Below, in pieces: positions 9,688 to 20,224 of a DNA stretch of 64,000 bases. The notes beneath the pieces were generated by a model. It was not told where the DNA came from and ran no database searches. It worked only from the letters and a program-made list of their open reading frames with translations. This stretch comes from Eledone cirrhosa (lineage: Eukaryota), in the NCBI GenBank assembly GCA_964016885.1, contig OZ024742.1, positions 31,868,001 through 31,932,000 of the forward strand, written 5' to 3'. Each line of letters begins with the position of its first letter. Positions within the stretch are counted from its first letter, which is position 1. The position numbers were made by a program, and so were the translations under genes.

Positions 9688-11960
9688 TGATATAGACATT
9701 GTCTTTTATTAGAGATATGGTAATAAAAGGGTTAATGATACAGGTAGCATCTTTCATTAGAAATATGGTAATGAAGGGTTTAATGACATAGGTATTGTTT
9801 CATTAGAAATGAGGTAATGAAAGGGTTACTGACATAGGTAGTGTGTTTCATTAGAAATCTAGTATTGAAAAGGTTAATGAAATAGATAGTGTTTTTCATT
9901 AGAAATATAGTAATGAAAGGGTCACTGACACTTAATTCAGCCTCCTGCCTTCCATCACTCATGAACATGGCACTGAGATACTTGAACTTCTCTACCTGCT
10001 TCAGTGAAACGCCATTTACATGTAGAGTGAACTGTGCAGGCTTCCTTCAGTGGACGAGTGTCTGTTTTCACAGCACTGATTTTCATTCTAATCATGCAGC
10101 ACTCGGCATCAAACTTATCAAGGGCAAGTGAGAGATCACCTTTTGTTGAGTTAAGTAACACCATATCATCTGCAAACTCCAGTCGACTGATTTTACACCT
10201 GCCAGTCATGACACCACTTCTAATCTGGCTGCACATGTCACTTCTGTTCATAAAAACAATGAACAGGAGAGGTGACAATATGCACCCTTGGTAGAATCCA
10301 CCTCCCACATTGAATGGTTTGGGCTGTCTTTCATTAGAAATATAGTAATGAAAGGCTTAATTATATAGGTAGTTTCTTTCATTAGAAATATAGTAATGAA
10401 AGGCTTAATTATATAGGTAGTTTCTTTCATTGGAAATATGGTAATGAAAGGCTTAATTATATAGGTAGTTTCTTTCATTAGAAATATGGTAATGAAAGGC
10501 TTAATTATATAGGTAGTTTCTTTCATTAGAAATATAGTAATGAAAGGCTTAATTATATAGGTAGTTTCTTTCATTGGAAATATGGTAATGAAAGGCTTAA
10601 TTATATAGGTAGTTTCTTTCATTAGAAATATGGTAATGAAAGGCTTAATTATATAGGTAGTTTCTTTCATTAGAAATATAGTAGTGAAAGGCTTAATTAT
10701 ATAGGTAGTTTCTTTCATTAGAAATATGGTAATGAAAGGGTTAATGACATAGGCAGTGTCTTTCATTAGAAATATGGTAATGAAAGGCTTAATTATATAG
10801 GTAGTTTCTTTCATTAGAAATATGGTAATGAAAGGGTTAATGACATAGGCAGTGTCTTTCATTAGAAATATGGTAATGAAAGGCTTAATTATATAGGTAG
10901 TTTCTTTCATTAGAAATATGGTAATGAAAGGCTTAATTATATAGGTAGTTTCTTTCATTAGAAATATAGTAATGAAAGGCTTAATTATATAGGTAGTTTC
11001 TTTCATTGGAAATATGGTAATGAAAGGCTTAATTATATAGGTAGTTTCTTTCATTAGAAATATGGTAATGAAAGGCTTAATTATATAGGTAGTTTCTTTC
11101 ATTAGAAATATAGTAGTGAAAGGCTTAATTATATAGGTAGTTTCTTTCATTAGAAATATGGTAATGAAAGGGTTAATGACATAGGCAGTGTCTTTCATTA
11201 GAAATATGGTAATGAAAGGCTTAATTATATAGGTAGTTTCTTTCATTAGAAATATGGTAGTGAAAGGCTTAATTATATAGGTAGTTTCTTTCATTAGAAA
11301 TATGGTAATGAAAGGCTTAATTATATAGGTAGTTTCTTTCATTAGAAATATAGTAATGAAAGGCTTAATTATATAGGTAGTTTCTTTCATTAGAAATATA
11401 GTAGTGAAAGGCTTAATTATATAGGTAGTTTCTTTCATTAGAAATATGGTAATGAAAGGCTTAATTATATAGGTAGTTTCATTCATTAGAAATATAGTAA
11501 TGAAAGGCTTAATTATATAGGTAGTTTCTTTCATTAGAAATATAGTAGTGAAAGGCTTAATTATATAGGTAGTTTCTTTCATTAGAAATATAGTAGTGAA
11601 AGGCTTAATTATATAGGTAGTTTCTTTCATTAGAAATATAGTAATGAAAGGGTTAATTATATAGGTAGTTTCTTTCATTAGAAATATAGTAATGAAAGGC
11701 TTAATTATATAGGTAGTTTCTTTCATTAGAAATATAGTAATGAAAGGCTTAATTATATAGGTAGTTTCTTTCATTGGAAATATGGTAATGAAAGGCTTAA
11801 TTATATAGGTAGTTTCTTTCATTAGAAATATGGTAGTGAAAGGCTTAATTATATAGGTAGTTTCTTTCATTAGAAATATGATAGTGTCTTTCATTAGAAA
11901 CTGAAAATATGATTTTAATGACATAAATAGTGTCTTTCATTAGAAACTGAAAATATGATT
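9640..11960 (+). repeat. 48-bp minisatellite: divergent units 9640-9922, homogeneous units 10324-11880
   Basis: Unit TTAATTATATAGGTAGTTTCTTTCATTAGAAATATGGTAATGAAAGGC, about 32 homogeneous copies. Confidence 0.97.
9924..10315 (-). mobile_element. Rex3/Expander-like (RTE clade) reverse transcriptase core fragment
   Basis: Reads QGCILSPLLFIVFM...LEFADDMVLL...MKISAVKT...QVEKFKYLSAMFMSDGRQEAELS with frameshifts. Confidence 0.88.
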
Positions 11961-12121
11961 TTTATGTTTATCTGAAATCAGCATGGAACCAACATATTGA
12001 AAATGATGTTTATTCCCTCTTGCTGTTTTAACATGTGGAGTGTGAGATCCAAAACATTTTTCCGTGCTTGCAAGTCTAAACATAGTTAATTTCTTCCAGA
12101 AAATAAACAAAAGCAGATAAA

Positions 12122-12157
<36 letters not shown>

Positions 12158-12159
<2 letters not shown>

Positions 12160-12675
12160 AGCTGGTACAGTAATGCACTAGCTTCAGCATTCAGTAATCA
12201 GAAGGGAGGTAAGTATAAAAACCAAACTGGCTATCTTCAATTTGGTATTCGTGCCAACCCTTACCTATGGTCATGAATCTTGGGTAATGACCGAAAGAAT
12301 ACAAGCAGCCGAAATTGAGTTCCTCTGAATGGTGTTTGGAGTAACATTACTCAATAGAACGTGTAGCTTAGAGATCAGAGAATTACTCCAGGTAGATCCG
12401 CTATTTCTCTGAATTGAGAGATCACAGCTCCAATACTGTGGGCATGTAGTTAGAATGTCTCAGGAAAGAATCTCTGGACAGATTTTATGGGTCAAACCAA
12501 CTTACAGGAGACCCTGAGTAAGATGGTTGGACAACATCCATGAGCTTGGCTGGTCTCGTTTGGAGATCCAGTTGGATCAGTTAGAAATGATTGCTTCTGA
12601 CGGGACCAGCTGGAAGTGTTTGAGGGCTCCGCCTCCACGACCCTCTCAGGAATAAGTGGGCAAAGAAGAAGAAAA
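12158..12675 (+). mobile_element. Rex3/Expander-like LINE C-terminal fragment and 3' end
   Basis: Reads GAGTVMH*...KTKLAIFNLVFVPTLTYGHESWVMTERIQAAEIEFL..., with a (GAA)n tail near 12665. Confidence 0.85.
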
Positions 12676-13049
12676 AGCACAGATTAAGTTTAAGCAAACA
12701 ATTTCCATGGGCCCCTGCAGTGGGTGGGGGGTGGGGGGTCGCACACCAGTGACGACCGTAGCAACTTATTTGTGCCCTCAGCTGAGCTTTTTAGTTTTAG
12801 GATGGTTAGAATTTTTGAATTTAATACCTATATGTATAACTTTTCAATTCCAATTATTTGCGCCAAGCTAACTTTGATATGTAAACTTGGGGGTGTTCTA
12901 ATTTTTTGTGTATGAGGAGCCCACCTCCAACCTGAAGTGCCCTGGGTCCCCTAAGGTCCAAATCAAACCCTGGTTGAGAGGACAGTGCAAAAACATACCA
13001 GGCGGTGCTGGTTATGTCAGCTCATAAACCTGTCCAAGGCCATATCACA

Positions 13050-13625
13050 CTGGATGGCGGAGTGACTGGACGTCTACAGAGTGGGGGTGGGGGACGTTAG
13101 CAGAGAGGAGGCTGAGTTGGTTCCATGTCGAGTAGGCCACCTTATATTTTCTGTCCGGGGTAGTTGTGTTGTGTTTTGTGAGAACTTTGTTGAAGAGGAC
13201 ACAACAGGTTACCGATGAAAGAAATGCCGGCAAAATCAGTGAGACTGGAGACCGGTAACCAGACTACCGTATGTGACAGGTAAGGTAGTCTGTTGTCATC
13301 AAACTGGACTTTACATATCTCCTCAACCGAGCGTCGGGAGTCAAGATAGGAGCGTCCACGCCGCGGCCCTATGAGTATTGATAAGATACTGTTAATCCTA
13401 TGACCACCACAAGCTACAGTTATAAGTGTGGACACGATAAGAAGAACCGAGCGTCGTACACAGGTACTGTAATCCGTGGATTTAGCAAGAGACACGGCAT
13501 GGCAAAACAGTTCCTCAACAAGAAGGCCGGGTGTGCATCGATCAGGTTCAGTCTGCTCAGTGGAGTAGTGTCAAGATTTATAATTCGTAGTGATTTTATG
13601 ATCGAAATAAATGAACTGATTTTTC
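13050..13625 (-). mobile_element. Degraded early-branching non-LTR retrotransposon (CRE-like), post-RT region
   Basis: Minus-strand frames give LSRLNLIDAHPAFLLRNCFAMP and ICKVQFDD..QTTLPVTYGSL..SLTDFA, resembling CRE-type 'AxxLLRxCxxxP' and 'QAxLPVxxGGLG' motifs. Confidence 0.6.
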
Positions 13626-13943
13626 CCCTGCCAACTCTTTTCTAATCTTAAACCCTGAGCTTAAAAGACAGTTTGAATTATATATGTACACATTTTGTAT
13701 ATACCCTTCTCTAGCGACAGAGATCGGTACGTCAAAAACTAAGAACATTGCAGCTGAAACGAAACGAGAGAGAAGTTCATTTAGCCAAGCCTTTCAAACA
13801 AGAGTCATATTTTCTTTATTACCATTTATATTCTATTTAACACATATTTGCTAAAACATCATTATTAAAGTTCTGTTAATTATGAGAAATGAAGAAAACT
13901 AGAGAAAAATTTAATATCAAATAAATATAAGCGCAGAGAGTAA

Positions 13944-13982
13944 TGACGTCACTTTCTTTTGTTCTCTTCGCAGCTATGACGT
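13944..13982. promoter_or_regulatory. Palindromic CRE/ATF site TGACGTCA plus a second TGACGT half-site in the likely MRG15 promoter
   Basis: TGACGTCA at 13944-13951 and TGACGT at 13977-13982, 110-150 bp upstream of the ATG, in a locally CpG-retaining stretch. Confidence 0.55.
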
Positions 13983-14091
13983 TTCACACACAGTGTTTTT
14001 TTCACGTCGGTTTCGATATAATTATGTGATTAACTATCAACTCTATATTTTTACTTTCATCTCATCATATGTTTATTTCCAAACTAGAAAT

Positions 14092-14119
14092 ATGGCTCCT
14101 AAAATGAAGTTTGTTGAAG
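14092..14119 (+). CDS. MORF4L1: MRG15/MORF4L1-like exon 1
   Basis: Reads MAPKMKFVE(G) with a phase-1 GTAAAT donor; matches MRG15 MAPK...KFQEG. Confidence 0.85.
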
Positions 14120-14959
14120 GTAAATACAGTTCTATTTTGTACAGCTACAATGCGTTAAAGGGCAGAAACAGATCCCCGTACACACACACAGCATGGTTTC
14201 ACTCACACATCTTTAAATGTTAATTTTTGTTGTTTTTCTCTGTATCCAACCAACACATGCTGTATATTTAGTCTACACTGTGTTGCCAGTCACTATCTAT
14301 CCTACCCCCTCCCTACAACATACTAGTTACTCAATACTGACAACTCACTGTTTATATAAACAAACAAACGTAACAAACTATTTTTCTTTGTCCAGTACAA
14401 CTGTCTATGGTATATCCATTGTTATCTGTCTATCTTCATTCTCGATAACACCAGCAACACACCTTTCACATACTATATCAACACCGACTTTATTTATCCA
14501 ACATACTATAATCAAATGCGTTCCAACCATGACAACCATGTCCTTTTTTTCCAAATTCTTGAATACTAAACCGTACAAAACCACTCTGGTTCTACAACAA
14601 TACAGAACTTTATTTTAAAGTGTTTATATTTATCTATAAACCTTTCATCACGATTTCTTGTAAGGTTCTTTGGTTGTGTTCCAAATACCATCTTAATAAA
14701 GAGAAAGTTAGTTATATTACGAAATCTCGATTACTTTCAGCATTTTTAAATTATAGACATAGTAATGAAAAGTATGATAAAAAGAGATTTGGCTGTTGTT
14801 TTTCTAACTGGTCGAGTGACTTCTTTGTTTGGTGAAGATCGGTTGTTGTTCAACCATGTGTCATGGCTGAGGCACATATGACTATTATAGCTCATTATAT
14901 AGTTACAATTGATCGTGTGTTCAGCATTCGAACCACAGGGCCACTTACGTTCACTCTTA

Positions 14960-15045
14960 TTGAAGCATTCATTGAAAGGAGCCCTAATGCTCCGAACAAC
15001 GTTGTCTACCCCGAGAGCGAAGAGGAGAGGACCCACTAAAGCAAT
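14960..15045 (-). mobile_element. Short CRE-like RT fragment
   Basis: Reads GPLLFALGVDNVVRSIRAPFN, resembling (QQGDPL)GPLLFAL...SxxNxWYLDD. Confidence 0.5.
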
Positions 15046-15319
15046 GGGGTGGCATAAATGTATCGCAATATTTATTTATATATAAAGTACCAGTAACGCA
15101 CTAGGGTCGATTTAACCGACTTTCCCCTCCCCCAAATTGGTGGTCTTGTGTCTAAATTAGGAATTAATATTTATTTCATATTCCTTACGTTCTAGGTTCG
15201 AATCCGGCCTGACTCATGGACTTTTTTTTTACTATTACACCCGCCCTCTCTTTCCTATATATCTATGGTATTGTATCAATGTTAGAAAATACTACTACTA
15301 ACAATAATAATAACTATTG

Positions 15320-15545
15320 TTATTTAGTTGTTGTTGTTTAGCCTCAGGTCAACTCTGTTTGAGCAAACTTATGATCAAAAACGTTCCAGTCGTGACCATC
15401 CCGTCTCTTTCCTGTGTACAGGGAATCCAGTGCCAAATTATCCAATGCATCCTTTGTGAGACAGTAGTGTGTGATTTGAGGGAAATTTGGCTGTTACTTT
15501 TAGCAGGTCGAGTAACCATATGAGGACAATACTCGTTGGCTCGAG
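15320..15545. repeat. Interspersed repeat (SINE-like); related fragment at ~14783-14820
   Basis: Shared GATTTGGCTG...TCTAGCAGGTCGAG-like motif at two sites, flanked by simple repeats. Confidence 0.45.
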
Positions 15546-15784
15546 GGTAGTAGTAGTGTCAGTAGCAGTAATAGTAGTAGTCAGAAGTGATAGGTAAAAT
15601 GGTAGATACCACATAGTATTCAGTTATGTCCCTTTACATTGAGTTTAATTTCTAACCCGAGAGAGAACGGTTGGTCAATGAAATATATACCAGCTATATA
15701 CTTGAGTCAGCTATCTCCTGCCATCACATTTCTGACTTTGTATCTATATTAAAATCAACGACTATTAGTATTAGTAGTATCAGT

Positions 15785-15983
15785 AGAGCACCGGACAACA
15801 TGCTTTGTAGCATATAGTACGGCCATTTACGTTCTGAGTTAAAATCCAGTTGATGTTTGCTTTATCTTTCATCGTTACGGGGTCAATAAAATAAAGTACC
15901 AGTTACGTACTGAGGTCGATTTAATCGACTTTCCCTTTCCCTTCAAATTGCTGGCTTTGTGCCTAAATGTAGAAACAATTATT
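15785..15983 (+). mobile_element. tRNA-derived SINE copy; further fragments at ~15080-15215, ~15600-15770 and ~16030-16095
   Basis: TTACGTTCTGAGTT..ATCC...GGGGTCAATAAAATAAAGTACCAGT...GGCTTTGTGCCTAAAT, the same family as 5455-5650. Confidence 0.7.
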
Positions 15984-16229
15984 AGCAGAAAGCATGTAGG
16001 ATTTCAGAATTGATAAAATACCTTGAAGCATTCAGTTATCTCCCTTGTCATCTTAGCTTTCTATTCTTTTGATGTCGATAAAATAATTACCAGTGAGGTG
16101 AAATATAAAACCTTTCTCCACCATTTCTGTATATAGAGCTCTTATGGGTGCATGCCATGTTAGTTTTTTAGAATTAATTCGAGTGTTATTGTCCGTCTTT
16201 TTTAATAAATATATGTATTTGTCTTGATC

Positions 16230-16372
16230 ATGAATACAATGAGGTCCTCTGGAGTAACGTTACTTGATAGAATGTTTAGCAAGGAGATCAGAGAGTCCCT
16301 CCAGCTAGAGCCGCTATTTCTCTGAATTCAGAGATCACAGCTCCGATATTTTGGAGTAACGTTGCACGATAG
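16230..16372 (+). mobile_element. Short Rex3/RTE-like fragment
   Basis: Collinear with 12315-12440 (GGAGTAAC...CCGCTATTTCTCTGAATT..GAGATCACAGCTCC). Confidence 0.7.
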
Positions 16373-17285
16373 ACTGATCCTCCACTTCCAAAAACCCAGA
16401 GTGGAATGACTTAGAGAAAAACTTACCCCATTTAACCTCAAGTTGACCAGTCTCTCCAGACCACTGATGCCAACCCGAGATAAAGAGAAACAGCTCTGCC
16501 GTGTCATTTGGAGGTCAAGTTTTTGCTGACCGCTTAATAGGTGGAATGAAACCCTGTTGCAGAGAGTATCAAATTACAGCTACATATACCCAGCTTTTCT
16601 CTTACATCCATGTTTTGTCATTCATGCTTATTAACATTACATCCATTGAAACATGCTTGCTTTATCTCTTTCCATTCTTCTTATATCTTTTGCATTCTTT
16701 GCCCATGTCTTACTACCATACGACATTGCACACAGACATCATACAGTTGGCCTTTCCTTTATAGAGGGAAACCTTTTGTGACAATGGAGGTAGTAGCTGT
16801 CTGAACATTTTCTATCCTATTTTTATTCTAACTGCTATTTCTTAGAGCAACCTCTTCAATTGCTAATTAGATCACCTAGGTAGCAGAAGCTATCAACTTC
16901 TATGATTCCTTCATGAGATTAAAATAAGTTTATTCAACTGATATTTTTACTACCAATTATTTCTGTACATTTGCTTCATACAAAGTCTACCTTTCCTGTT
17001 TGTCTGTCTGCTTTACCTCTTGTATACCTAAGATTTACATTGTGTACATCATATAGAGTTTCTACTTACTCCTGTTCTACATATCGAGCAAGGCCACTTC
17101 CCTGAATGGATCAGAGTCCTGTCTTCTTTCCTACTTACTAAAACTTTATTTATTATCATCATTTAACGTTAGGTTTCCCTGCTAGTCTTGAAATTGCTGG
17201 TAATACAGAATTGTTAAACTCTTTATCTAAATACCCTCAACTTCGACTGTTTCCTTACTTTTGTTTCTGCCATTTCACTTTTCAG

Positions 17286-17332
17286 GAGAGCGTGTGTTGT
17301 GTTTCCATGGACCATTATTGTATGAAGCCAAA
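17286..17332 (+). CDS. MORF4L1: MRG15/MORF4L1-like exon 2 (chromodomain)
   Basis: CAG/GTAAGT boundaries. (G)ERVLCFHGPLLYEAK matches the MRG15 chromodomain. Confidence 0.95.
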
Positions 17333-18554
17333 GTAAGTTTCACATGTAATTTTATTTCTAAGTAATGTTTAATTTATTCTTCTCTATTATGAAACTTCCT
17401 TCTAACATCATCATCATTGCAATCATATTTGAACAGTCCTGACAAAGTCTCTCCGCAATTCACGATTTTCCATTGCTCCTGGCAATTATTTCCAACTGGG
17501 GTTTGTATCATCTGAGAGTTGATTGATGAATGTTTAAGCAGGTCTTCCTCTACTGTGTCTCCCGTGAGTTGGTTCCCATAATAGATAATTAGATCATCAT
17601 TGTGACCATAGTGTAATATTCCTGACAAAGTTTCCCTACAATTCACGGTTTTCCATTGCAACTGTGTCATCTGAGAGTTGAATGTCAATGGCCATCTATC
17701 CACCCCAAATATGGGTTAAGTAGTTTCACCAACCTGCAATTGGTCAAGCTTGGTGAGTACGGATACACCCCTGACATGATCAAGACCAAACAGAAAGTAG
17801 TGGTCAACCAGAGAGAGGATAGGACAGGGTATGATCGGATCGGGTTATCTAGTCTATTGATACTAGTGAGTGTGTGGGAACTACCATCTTGCCGATCTGG
17901 AGTATGCAGAAAACACCACCGTTAAGCAACTTGATTGATCAGCTCATGGACGCACTGACCATATACTGATGTAACTGCATTGTTTCTTTCCTGCGACTAT
18001 GTTGAAAAATAAACCTCATTTGGTCATTCCATGAGAGTATCTTGGTCAGCCTATGAACTTTTCAGCCAACCCTCATATATTCGTTACCCATGTTTTACCC
18101 TCTCTATCTTTATCACCTCCCCCCCACCTTCCATTAATATAACATGAAGTTTCATTTAATTTACTAAAGTTAAATTTATCTCTCTGTTTATCTATCTCTC
18201 TTTCTGCCTGACGCGTGGAACATCGCCGGTAAGATTTTTTGTAAATTTATATACGAAAAACAAGAAATTGTTTGAAAAAACATATTATTTTGTAGATTAA
18301 CCCCCAAGCTGAATTGTCAGCTGGGTGGTAAATCCCACTTTTCACCCCTTTAGGGTGAAAATTTAATTTTAAAATTGTTTTAAAATATCCAATTTTGCCG
18401 ACTATAAAACATAAATAACACGGAAAGAACACTGGAGAACGTAAACAGAGAAAATAGAGAGAAAGAGTCAGATTTTAACGTTATATCTGCTTCTGCTACT
18501 ATGGACGTCGTCATAGATACGACTGTCAACAACAAAACTTCGTTTCGTAAAACA

Positions 18555-20224
18555 ATGGATATTTACACAACAGAAGATGAAAATAACAGCCCCAAAAATA
18601 CAGAAAATGCAGAAACAATTGACACAACTACAAACGAAAAAAACCAACAACAACAACAAAATTGAAAAAACAACAATCACACAGACTGTGATAAATAAAA
18701 CAGAGTACAAACACATCAACATAAGCAACTCCAAACAAATGTTGACCGATGCAAAACAATTCATAACCTTTGAAGAAAAGGGTGGGTTTCATATAAACTC
18801 ACCCTTGCAAATTAAATGAGAAACATTTCGAAGGACAGTAACCTTCCGAACTGTTTCAAATCAAACGAAAAAACCGGTGTTCCTCAGTCAAGGAGAAATC
18901 GAAACAACCCTGAAAGAGGTTCTGCCGGACATTGAGTTTATGCAGAGGGCCAGACTATATGGAAGTGTTTCAGTACTTCTTACAAGCGAGGCCCTCGCAC
19001 AAAAGCATTCTGTTACACTAGTAATCACAAAAGCACACACCTTTTCCCCTACTTACATGGGAAAAAGAACTCAAAAAATTAATATAAATAATATACCACC
19101 AAACATCAACATTTGGTGGATCTTGGCTGGTTTTATAGAGCCAGAAAGTGATACAATTCTTTCGGTCAGGAAATCGACCAGACAAAGATGGGCAGGGACA
19201 AATTTGGAAATTCTGATACAAAGGACACCAGAAAGAATTTCCAAAATCCCCGAACGAGTGCTGGTCGACAACCAGAACTACATCAACATCATAACTGGGG
19301 GCAGAAAGCCACACTGTTTTTGATGTGCAAGCACATCACACCTAAAAGCCTCATGCCCTTTACAAACAAATCTTTAAAAAAAAGTATTTTTACCAACACC
19401 AACACCAAAACAATTACCACCACCACCACAACAACAACAACAACAGACGAAACAAGCAAACACACCAAAACAAACAGCCAGTCAACCAACAACAACAGGA
19501 AAAACAGAGACAACACCTCTGAAGAACACAGCCCTACCCATCCCACTCCATCAAACACTACCACAAACACACACACCGAAACACCACCACCACACAACAT
19601 ACCCCTACCCCACACTCCTGATGATGATTATTCATCGACAGATGAAGCTGCTTCTCCTTTAAGTGAAGAAGAGGGAGAGCCGCGGAAATCTAAAAAACAA
19701 AAAAAGAGACACCACAAAACCCCCAAAACCCCAATCACCAACACCAACACACAACCACAGACACAAACAACACCACAGTCAAACATCCCCTATCAGCAAA
19801 ACCAACACCAACATCACCCCAAACACAAGCACCCACGATAAAAAGAAAACTCCCGGACGAACAACAAACTAAAACAACACAACAAACACACAAACAACAA
19901 TACGCATACATCAACACAAACAACAAGAGTTTGATGGAGGTCATCTCCCAAAACCTCAAGGTGGAGACGGAGGGCAAAACTTTCGTCAAGGCAGAATCGT
20001 CTCCACCCCTTAAACTTATAAGGGTTTCTATGGAAACCTATAATGACCTGAAAAATAAATTTTCACAGGACGTGAGCAACCCCTGCCAGAAACCCATCAA
20101 CCGCGTCCTGTTAAAATGTTTCCCAACCCCACCCAACACCCAAATGGAGATTGAACAACCCGATCTCCAGGAAATGAAAAGGCACCTTTCGTCCTTTTTC
20201 TCCAACTCTTCTTCGCCAACATAA
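18555..20224 (+). pseudogene. LINE ORF1 (gag-like, zinc knuckle, long Thr/Pro/Gln-rich tail), disrupted
   Basis: YMGKRT..I.INNIPP and GRKPHCF*CASTSHLKASC (CX2CX4HX4C), with stops and frameshifts. Confidence 0.7.

Noticed and set aside
10248-11924. 558-aa ORF on the minus strand
   Set aside because: It is an artefact of a 48-bp (16-codon) stop-free minisatellite frame, with no independent coding evidence.
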